Shown: positions 53,532 to 64,000 of the stretch, in pieces
How the letters are laid out: each line of letters opens with the position of its first letter
Numbering within the stretch: the stretch's first letter is position 1
Assembly: GCA_050273025.1 (NCBI GenBank)
Contig: CP158636.1
Span: 3,348,001 to 3,412,000 of the forward strand
Length of the DNA: 64,000 nt
Source: Cenococcum geophilum
Taxonomy: Eukaryota
Direction of reading: 5' to 3'
Program-made: the position numbers and the translations under genes
Notes under the pieces: generated by a model
What the model was told of the DNA's origin: nothing
Databases searched by the model: none
The model's input: the letters and a program-made list of their open reading frames with translations, nothing else

Positions 53532-54225
53532 CATTACTATAACTTCCTTTAGAACTGGCGAAGACTCTAGAAAGTCAGTTTTCTTAAAGCGGCAGGCTAA
53601 AGGTAGTGCGAATGCGGAACAGTGGAGCTGCGAGAGCACGATTACGAGTGATATCTAATGGTAATGTAGGTAATTTAGCACTTCACGTCGCCACCGTTAG
53701 CAGGGAGGGCGGTCGACCCGCTCCGGCCACACCCTTGTTAAGGGTCTACTTCCTGGGATTGAAGAATAGAGGAAATGGGAACTGTGGTTAGTGTTGGAAT
53801 AAACGGTCTTAAGTGTAGTGTTGTGGCGGTGATGCACTGCCTCCGCTGCTCGGCGTTTGGCTTGGCGCGGTTGCTGAGTCAACTAAACCGTGCCGAAACC
53901 CCCAACCTGTTATCTCAGTAAGCGACTCAGACGGCAAGGGCAATAAAGGCGCACTCACTAATACTAAAGTACCACTAGTCTCTATCCTAAAAAACGCCAC
54001 TTTTTTTCAACCAATCAGCTATCTACCAACCTTTAGTTTGCCCTGCCGTCTGAGGCCCTATGGTGCGGAACTCTATGGTGCTCAACTTCAATTTTCGCAA
54101 TTTTGTATGAGAGACACTCTCACCTATATATTTAACCCCCCAATAACACCTATTTAACCTAATAAGCTAATAAGCTAAATTAGACTAGTCTCCTCTATAA
54201 TTAATTAGATTTTTATTAAAATATA

Positions 54226-54649
54226 ACGTAAAGCACCACCGAGTCGCACATACTACCGAATCGAACACTTCAAAATACACCAAAAACCCTAAATTTTACT
54301 TTTAAATATCTTAACCACTACTTAATAATATTTTCTAAAAATTTAAATATAAGCTTTTATATGCCGATTTTAGTATATATTATAATATTAGAGCGTATAG
54401 CTTAATAGTTATTATAATATAGAGTTTAGGGGCTAAAAATAGAGATGTTTCTAAATATCTTAACAACTACTAGACTTTATACTCTAATATTATAATAGGC
54501 ACTCGCATAGATATATAGAAGCTTATATTTAAATTTTTAGAAAATATTATTAAGTAGTGGTTGAGATATTTAAAAGTAAAATTTAAGGTTTTTGGTGTAT
54601 TTTGAAGTGTTCGATTCGGTGGTGTGTGCGACTCGGTGGTGCTTTACGT
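54226..54649. mobile_element. MITE (424 bp), Pogo/Fot1-type ends
   Basis: TA|ACGTAAAGCACCACCGAGTCGCACA ... TGTGCGACTCGGTGGTGCTTTACGT|TA; long inverted arms. Confidence 0.92.
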
Positions 54650-54716
54650 TAAAGCTATTAGCTAGGTAAGATTTTGCGACGAAATTGTGCCTAGGCGAGG
54701 CTCTGGTAATGCAGCG

Positions 54717-55075
54717 TTAAAAATTACCTTTTTAACTGCCGTATCTCGACCCTTTTATAACGTCTAGTTACTATAAAAATACTACAAGGTAGGAGCTCTT
54801 TAGCTTCTCTATCCATTGCACTAAATAACGACGTTATAGCTATATTATATAAAATATTAGATATGGGTAGTCGGTCGCATTTTATCTAAAATCGTCAAAA
54901 ATTACCTTTTTTACTGCCGTATCTTAACCCTTTTATAATATCTAGTTATTATAAAAATACCATAAGGTAGGAGCTCTTTGGTTTCTCTATCTATTGCACT
55001 AAATAACGACGTTGTGGCTATATTATATGGGATATTAGATATAGGCAGTCGGTTGCACTTTATCTAAACTCGTCG
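54717..55075. repeat. Tandem duplication of a ~179-bp unit
   Basis: aaaattacctttt...ttatctaaaatcgtc occurs twice (~54719 and ~54898), differing mostly by transitions. Confidence 0.85.
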
Positions 55076-55680
55076 CTATAAATCTTACGAGTCGACCTAA
55101 AAAAGTCACTTTACGTTTTTCTACCTATAATTTTAATAACTTACTTTTATACTATAGGGTTTTTATATAAATATTCTTAAAAAGTAGCTTTAGTTATATA
55201 ATCGATTAGATTTTTAAAAATACGTTATTTAAGGTGGAGGTAGGGCATTAAAAAAGGTAAAAAAATATTTTAGTCTTAAATCGACCCTCCTATGTTTTTG
55301 CACTAAAGGCCCTTAGACGGCAATCCAGATAGCTTTATTAACTAACCCTAATTCGATTATACTAGTAAGGGTCTAGTAAAGCTATACTAGTTAAGTACTA
55401 GCGAGATTTACTATCTTGATTGCCGGCTAAGTCGCTTACTAAGATAACTAACCTATATCCTCGTTAACGGATATACATTAAACAGGCGCTCCCGTAGGCG
55501 GGTCTTCCGTAGGGATTAACACTAGCCCCATAACTAGGGCTTTTCAACCCTAGGGCTCTTAATCACACCTACACTTTTAAATTTAGCGCCATTAACGTAT
55601 TTTAGACCAACCCTTTTGTTTATAGTCGTTGGAGCAGAGTTCCTCCAAGCTTCGCGGAGCTACCTCTAAGGGCGATCTCT

Positions 55681-56305
55681 TGTGCCTAGAGGAACGTTAG
55701 TTCCGAAAGGAGTTAAATACCGCCCAAGAAAAAATTGGGTTGCGCTCGTCTTGCCCTCTCATTAGTTAAATCTTTTCGCCCTTATTGGCTAAATCTTCTC
55801 GCCCTCTTATTGGTTAAATCTTCTCGCCCTTTTATTTATTAAATTTTCTTACCCTCTTATTTGTTAAATCTTCTTCGCTTTTATTTATTAAATCTTCTTA
55901 CGCTCTTATTTATTAAACCTTCTTACGCTCTTATTTATTAAAACTTCTCACCCTCTTATTTATTAAAACTTCTTACCCTCTTATCTACTAAATCTTCTCG
56001 CGCTCTTATTTACCGAATTTTCTCGCCCCCTTACTAGTTAGCTTTTTACCTCTTTAGGCTAATTAACGTATTCTCTTTAGAATTTCTTTACGCCGCTAGT
56101 ATAGTTAGTTAGAAGGTATAGGTAGAAAAGGGGATCCTTAAGTATATTCGCTTATTAAGATCGGCTTATTATTTACTTTGGTATAAATGTTCTATCTCTT
56201 TTATAAAGTAAATTATAGCTTTAACCGCGCTAATATTTGGGAAACGCTATAAAAATAAGGGTGTGGCCAGAGCGGGTCAGCCGCCCTCCCTACTAGTGGT
56301 AGCAA
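55681..56305 (+). repeat. Dispersed repeat, copy 2, containing the same minisatellite (about 12 units)
   Basis: Aligns with 45849-46526 in the same orientation. Confidence 0.9.
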
Positions 56306-56400
56306 GTTTAAAGTATTTAGCGCTTTAATCGCCGGCTGTAAATACCACTAATTATACTACTACTAAATCTGTTCTAATTATTAGACCCTTATAAGGGTAT

Positions 56401-59400
56401 TGTATAATTATAGCACCTATTATACTAACTGCGTGCTTACGCGTTTGGTACGCCGAGTACGCGTTTACGCGTTTGGTGCACTAACCACCCACTTACGCGT
56501 CTGGTGCACTTCTGAAGCACTAACTAATTAGGGGGGAGGCGCATTAGTATATAGACTACGTAGTCTACTTTATATAATTGACAGTTACCATCTAAACAAG
56601 TATACGATACTATATGTATTTCGTGCCCGTGGATACGACTTACTTATGCTATTAAGTTAGTACAAATACTAATTAGTAAGCGCGCACAGATCAGCAATTA
56701 CTTAATACCTCCCCTAAGCGATATACATAACAGCAACTACCTGTTTAGACTCCTAGTACGACCTACTAGAAGGTCGGAAGTCGGGGATTATAGACTTATC
56801 TCTAACTCTATATACTTATTTAAGTCTTAGTATGGTTTACTAGAAGTTTATAAACGCGAATATAGACCTTTACGGAACCCCCTACCCTCCTTTAATACCT
56901 TTAACCTCTTTTTAGACCCCTTACGGAGACCTCTTACCCTTCTATAAACTACTATGGACCTATTAATCGCCTTTATGGACTGTTATAAGACCTTTACGGA
57001 ACCCCTCTACCTCTAAACCTTAAACCCCTATTTCTACTATACCCTTTAACCTCTTTTTAGACCCCTTACGGAGACCCTCTTACCCTTTTACAAACTGTTA
57101 TGGATATTAACTACCTTTACGGAACACTATAGGACCTTTACTACCCGCTACGCACTATAATATACTATATAGTATGGCAGACCTAAGAAAGTAAGTTGAT
57201 AAAGGGTAAGAAAAGTGGAGGTAAGGAGTCGACCTTACGTCTATAAACGACGTTAACGACTATATTAAATTTAAAGTTCTTAAATACCAATATTTTAAGC
57301 TTATAGATGACGATCTATGGGAGTAATATTAGGAAGACTTTACGGACTTTACGGAAGCTATTTTTAAGGCCTATAACCCTACTACTATCCGTAACCTATA
57401 AACCCTCTTACGCCACTAAGGCGTATAGGTTAAAAGGGACAAACGAGTTACTGTTGTATAGTCTTTATATAATATAATATATAAGGAGGACCAAACGGAA
57501 TAGACTAAAGAGGAAATTCTAGACTAGGTTAAAGCTAAAAATAAACTCCTTGCTTCTTTTAAACTTAATAAAATTGCTAGCCTTATACCTAACCTACTTA
57601 ACTAAACTCGTCCTATAAACCTAAGCGATTTTAGAATTAATCTTACGGGCTAAAGTATACCTAGTACTTAAGTTATGGACCGTAATACCCCTGTAAACTA
57701 AACTATAGACTGTAATACCCCTATAAACTAAAATACGGACTAAAACCTTCCCGCTGTTATCTAAGTTATAGATCCGCAACCTACCTAACTAAAGACTTAT
57801 AGTAAGGAGCTAGCTAACCTAGCTAAGCTTTATACCGATAAATCTAAGTATAGCGGCGAAAATAATAACTTTGACTTTAAACTGACTATCTTTATGGACC
57901 TCTGCTAGAAGGCTAATATTCCTAAATAAGAGTTTAGCTACGTCAGGAAAACGGAAAGTGGCGCAGAAAATTTGGTTTTGCTAAAAGTGTTTTTAGGGCC
58001 CAGGGCTAGCTTTCCGCCATATTAGCTAACTCCCCCTAGCCTAGGGCTAGCTTTTAGCTATATTAGCTGACCCCCCCTAGCCTAGGGCTAGCTTTTAGCT
58101 ATATTAGCTAACCCCCCCTAGCCTAGGGCTAGCTTTTAGCCATATTAGCTAAGCCCTAGAGCTATACGCTAGCACTATACTAGCTTATAGCTATAAAATA
58201 AATATTATTACTATTATTATATTTATTGCTATTAGGGTATTAAAATCCTAAAGGCCTTCGGGTAGGCTCCTAGTAGGCTTCCTAGTAGGCTCCTAGCAGG
58301 ACTTTAATTTTCCTTATTATCTAAATTATCCGAAGTACTATTGGGTCCCCGCTATATTCCCAACAGCCTCTACACGTGCCTTTATATACCCCTTATATAC
58401 CTAAATGCCACCTTTACCCTTCCTTCCTTCCTTATATCCTCCCTACTTAGGGAGGCACCTAAACGGTAGCTAGAGGACTGTGACTAGAACCAGACGACCG
58501 TCGCCAGAACTAGACGACCGTCGCCAGAACTAGACGACCGTCGCCAGAACCAGACGACCGTCACCAGAACCAGACGACCGTCGCCAGAACCAGACGACCG
58601 TCGCCAGAGCTAGACGATAATCGTTTAAACGACCAGCCAGCAAACACCACGATCAATTCAATCGATCGATCGAATCGAACTAGAGCCTTAATATTATCCT
58701 ATTACCAAATCAAATCGAATCAAGGCCTCTTAGGGAGGCACCCTAGATAACTACTGTTTAAACGTACAGCCAGCAAACGCCTAGAGAGAACGATTCGAAT
58801 TAATATAATTAATCGCAATCAAATTAAGCAGAGCCTTTAATTGGGCCAACCTCTCCCCTAAATTACAGATATAGACAGGTAGGCATAGACAAGTAGGCAC
58901 GACCGGTAGGTATAGACAGGTAGGCACGAACAAGTAGGACGGTCAGACGGTAGGACAGGTAGGACAGGTAGGATAGGTAGGATAGGTAGAATAGGTAGGA
59001 CAGGTAGGATAGGCAGGACAGGCAGGACAGGCACTAGGCCTAGTTAGGAAATTAGTATATAGCCGGCGGATCATCGGGAACGCCGCCAATTGACGATTTG
59101 GAGACTCTGCGAGAGATATCCCTTATAGCTACTATTAATTTTAAATTTTTGAATTTTGAATTTTGAATTTTGAATTTTAAATTTTGAATTTTTGAATTTT
59201 ATTATAATTATACATATTGCAGCTATAGGAAATATTATATAAAATGTATAAAACGTATAAAATGTATAAAACGTATAAAATGTATAAAATGTATAAAATG
59301 TATAAAACGTATAAAACGTATAAAATGTGTTAATGTTACTAATATGGCCCCGGGCTAGCCCTGGGCTAGCGTAAATAAGTATATATAAGCAGATCAGCGG

Positions 59401-62400
59401 ATCTAGCTAAAATGACCCCGGGCCAGCCCTGGGCTAGCCCCTAGCTAGCCCCTACCACCCTCCCGTTTTCCTAACGTAAGCCTACTCTACTATGCTGCGC
59501 GGCCTAGCACTTAACTACTACTACACTAACCTTAAGAGTAACCCCCTTGGTGTTCCTTTTGATAAGCTATGTAAAGCTATATATAACTACTTTAAAGGAC
59601 TAGAATATAAGCGTGATATCCTTACCTAATGGAATGCGACTAAGCTACGGACCGTAATAGATAAGAATACTGAAAAATCGACTATAGAGTGCCTATAAAT
59701 CCTTATTAAAGACCTCCGCTACCTATAGCACGGTCTTAATATTAAGCTTTAAATAGATGACTTTCTGTATAATAAACTTATTACGGCCTGCTAGGAAGTA
59801 GAGCCCTGTAAGTACGCCTACTATAAGCCTGCAGATACCTTAGCTGGCCTTATTAATAATTTACGCTCCTCTATTATAACGTATAAAGTCTTAAACCTAT
59901 TAGGCAGCACTTAAGCCTTTATTACGGATATTTAATATCCGTAAATAGACTTAGACGTCTACTTTATAGACCGCCGCTACCGCTAGTAGCACCCGTACCG
60001 ACTAAGTCCTACCTATAACCCCTATAGCAACCCCTGTATAAAAATATACCCCCGTAGATAAACCAGCTAGAAGTGCTTTGTGTGTGGTAAGGAAGGATGT
60101 TGGTCTATAAGGTATACTTAGGAAGAATATAATAAGTTTAGGAAGAGACTTAATAGCCGTATTAACTAGTTTATTTTGGAATACGAAGGAGAGGAAGTAG
60201 AAGAGCCCCCTAATGAGTTAATAGAAGCCCTTATAATTAACTTTAACTTAGATACTTAGGAATAAGAGACCTTAGAGACATTTCTAACCACTTTTAGACC
60301 TTTTACGGACAGCTAAGCCTTTAATATTACGACCGTATTAGCCAACCGTTCCTTTATATACTTAGTTACGCCCAAAAACTATCCCATAAGTACCCCTGTT
60401 ATAGATGTTATAGATTATAAGTAGGACCTATTTGCATATATTACTATAGAACGCTATACCCCTAAGGAATTCTACGGTGTTATAATCGATATAGGTGCCT
60501 CTAAGAAGTCTACCGCAGGCTATAGATAATACCTTGTATATAGGACCACTATAAATAACAATACGGACATTAATATTACGTAAACTAGGGCCGTAAACGT
60601 CTAATTCGGCATCGGCTTAACCGCATTAATTAGATTAGTTAAAGTTAAGACTTTAATTGGCCTAGTTAACTTCTACGTGGTAAAAGTGGATACCCCCTTC
60701 CTACTCTGTCTTGTAGATATGGATAGGTTATAGGTTTACTATAATAATATTACGGATACCTTGATCGGCCCTGTAACTGCCCTAGGAAGTAAGTATATTA
60801 CCCTGCCAATTATATAACGATTTGGACACCCGTTTCTTATATAGGGAGAGACTTTACGGACCTATATTTAGGAATCTTTTAACTATAACCTGTACTACCT
60901 TACTAGTATGGAGATTAACTGTCTGTACTGCCGTTTCGGCTACCTGTTAGCCGAAAAGCTATATAGAGTCCTTGAATGCTCTGGACATGACGACGTTAAT
61001 AGGAAGGCAGTTAATTACCTAACCAAATACTGCTCCTTTTGCTAGAAATACGGACGTTCCCCAGGCCGATTTAAGTTCACCCTTTATAAGGACCTTAACT
61101 TTAACCACTTAGTGTATATAGACATTATGTATATTAACGGCAGCCTAGTATTATATATAATTGACAAGGCAACCCGCTATTAAGCCGCCCGTTAGTTGTA
61201 AAATATATCCATAAAGCATACTTGGGATATTTTATGGACCTGCTGGATTAATATATACGTTAGACCTCTTGAGTATATTACCCACGACGCCGGTAGAAAC
61301 TTTATTAGTAAGGAATTCCAGTAGTATGCTATGGCCATGGCTATATTAACAAAAGCTATTCTAGTTAAGGTATATTGGTCCGTCGGGCTTATTAAGTAAG
61401 CTTACCCAGTTTTATAGAGAGCTTATTAGATTATTATAGACGAGTATAAGGATATCTAAAAGGAACTGGCTTTATAGATGGCTGTAAAAGCCATTAATGA
61501 TACCGCTGGCCCTAATAGACTAGTACCTACCCTTTTGGTTTATGGAGCCTACCTAAGGATAAGTAACCTAGGCCCCCCTATCCTATCTATTATGGAATGA
61601 GCAGCTATAATACGGAAGGTAATAACTAAAATAGTTAAGCTATGGGCCAAGTAAGCTATTAATAACGCCCTGTATTACTGTAACGGACCTAATATAACCC
61701 TAGTACACGACCTCCCGCTTAACTCTAAAGTCCTTATATGGCGTGAAAGCGGTAGTTAGAATGGACTTTATTGTTTACTGGCCGTAGAAAATAAGATATG
61801 CTATATATAGCTTTCTAGCGGGCCAACTAGCTTTAGAAGCACGTTTGTAAAACCCTACTTTCGGCCCGAAAATACCTATAATGTTAAGCTAGACGAACTA
61901 GAAGCAATTACTAAACCAGACGAATTAGAAACGACTGCTGAATTAGATAAACTAGAGGCACCCTTACCTACCCTAGAGGTCCCCTAAAAACCTACTGAAC
62001 CTACTAAACCTACTATAAAGCGTGGCCGAGGACGCCCCCGTAAGAATCCCGTAACGGAGAACTACCTAACCTCCGTAGGCATATCTGCAAAGCAATCTCC
62101 GCCTACAGATATATTAGTTCTAGTATAGGAAACCCCTTTTACAGACTTACGGCGTAAAGAGATCAACGGACTACTTAAAAAGGATATCTTTGCGATTATA
62201 ATGGAGAGAGATATTCCGTAAGGCGTCCGTATATTTAACTTACGCTTTATTAATAAGATTAAGCACCTTAGTACTAACAAAGCCTTTAAGAAATTAAGGC
62301 TTATTATATAAGCTTATAATAACTAGGGAAAGGACCTAGTCCTTACGCAATCGCCTATAATTTAACGGGTTAGTTAACGGATTATACTTATACTTATACC

Positions 62401-64000
62401 TGGACTACAGCAAACTAAATCTATAGCCCTTTACTTACGGGATATCTTATAAGCCTATATGCAGTCTAATATCTACCTAAGTAGGGATATCTTTATACGA
62501 CTACCCTATAAGCTTAACCTATAACCAGGAACAATTTTATGGGTTATAAAACCTCTTTATGGAGTACCAGAAGCCAAAAACTATTGGTTTAAGATATACT
62601 ACTAGCACCACATTAGTAAACTTAAAATAGAGCAGTTAACCTACGACCCCTACCTCCTATATAGCCTATTGAACGGCCTTGGTATTATTAAACTCTAAAT
62701 AGATAATACCCTCTTCTTAGTAGACCGGATATTTGCGGACGCTAAAGAGACTAAACTGTAAGAAGCTAAGTTCCTAGCAAAGCCGTAAGAGTAGTTAACT
62801 AAGTAAACTCCAATTAAGTTTAATGGAGGCTTAATTATATAAAAGGGTAATTTAATCTAGCTAACTTAGGAACGCTAAGCTTAAAACCTAAAGCTTATTA
62901 TAGTAAAGCCTACGGACCTCACTAGTTCCCGTAGAGAGACCTATAAGACTATAAATATAAAGGACTAATACGCTGCATAGCGTGCAAGAGGCGCCTATAT
63001 TGCTATAGTCTGTTAACCTAAATCTGCCTATAATCTGTTCTTTGCGGCCCAGGTAGTAGACCTATAAGAAGAAAATATTAAGCAGCTTAATAAGCGCATT
63101 TAGTGGCAAATTAACAATGCAGTAAGGGGACTTACTTTTATACTACTAGACCTAAATTCCCTTAGCCTACTAGTATTTACGGGCGCATCTTTTACTAATA
63201 ATAAAGACCTATTATTATAAATCGGCTTTATAATTGTACTTACGGACCATAATTAGGACGTAAATATACTGTATTGGTCTTTAATTAAGTGCAAACAAGT
63301 AACCCGTAGTATACTAGCTTCTAAACTATATATACTAGCTTATGGATTTAATATAGCAGCCGCAATTAAATTAATGGTCTAGAAGATTCTATAACTAAAG
63401 TAGTTACCCCTGGTTTTATACACTAATTTAAAGTCCCTTTATGACTGCCTAGTTAAACTAGGTACAATATAAGAGAAGAGGCTTATAGTCGACCTAATAT
63501 GCTTACGTTAGGCCTATAAATGACGTAAGATTATGGAGGTTAAATGGATTAGCAGTGGAGACAACCTAGTAGACGCTATGACTAAGGCAAAGCTGTGTTA
63601 AGCTCTTAAAACCCTAATTAATATAAATAAGCTTAACCTAAAGGTTATAGAATGGGTAGAGCGAGACTAATGGAGCATTTACGGTTTAGCTACGGCCCGT
63701 TAGAAGGCCGTATGGTGCATTTACGGCCCGTTAAAAGGCCGTATAGTTTATTTTACGGACCATAAGTAGGACTTACAGCTAGCTTGGAGCACTATTTGGA
63801 AGGCAACCTAGAAGGCACCTTAGGAGGGATTTTCTATATATTTTCTTATGTGTTTTATAGTTCTATTAAGATAATTACGGAGGCTATATATAAGTGGTTT
63901 CATTTTCTAAGTACCGCCAGTGTATAATTATAGCACCTGTCGTACTAACCGCGTGCTTACGCGTTTGGTACGCCGAGTACGCGTTTACGCGTTTGGTGCA
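56401..64000 (+). mobile_element. Second copy of the Ty1/Copia element, RIP-inactivated, running off the window end
   Basis: 5' LTR 56401-56668, 3' LTR begins 63921; colinear with the reverse complement of 7807-14056; gag-PR-IN-RT-RH order; interrupted at 57941-59476. Confidence 0.95.
57941..59476. mobile_element. Non-autonomous TIR DNA transposon (1536 bp) rich in tandem repeats
   Basis: TA|CGTCAGGAAAACGG ... CCGTTTTCCTAACG|TA; absent from the other Copia copy. Internal arrays: ~40-bp units (58000-58150), 20-bp CCAGAACCAGACGACCGTCG (58484-58620), ACAGGTAGG, TTTTGAA, GTATAAAA. Confidence 0.9.

Noticed and set aside
48194..54000. Short ORFs antisense to, out of frame with, or flanking the two genes (e.g. 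48194+, 48792+, 49515-, 49564+, 50677-, 51105-, 52505-, 53606+)
   Set aside because: Shadow frames or repeat-derived sequence with no recognisable motifs.

Overview
Filamentous-ascomycete (fungal) DNA dominated by AT-rich, TpA-enriched sequence typical of repeat-induced point mutation (RIP). All alignments and counts were made by eye. (1) 1-23.7 kb and 54-64 kb are nested dead transposons: two Ty3/Gypsy pol fragments; a full-length Ty1/Copia (7807-14056, 268-bp LTRs, GTTAT TSD); an internally deleted Copia (14383-23174) carrying a full-length chromodomain Gypsy (14801-20746); two MITEs; and a second copy of the Copia (56401->64000) interrupted by a TA-targeting TIR element. (2) 23.7-47.3 kb is a block of RIP-destroyed non-transposon genes (MYB/SANT protein, kinase-like protein, AAA ATPase, hypotheticals), suggestive of decayed cargo of a large multicopy mobile element (Starship-like; no captain recombinase seen). 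(3) 47.5-53.5 kb is the only intact gene island: two paralogous patatin-like phospholipase genes head-to-head. The minus-strand gene (3 exons, 360 aa) has all catalytic motifs. The plus-strand gene lacks the catalytic Asp (VGGE for VDGA), has an altered glycine loop (DSGG), and splices in frame through two mini-exons into a Cys-rich linker and about 8 ankyrin repeats (8 exons, 900 aa, no NACHT/NB-ARC). This active patatin plus pseudo-patatin-ankyrin pair is the best candidate for an undescribed fungal defence/allorecognition module.
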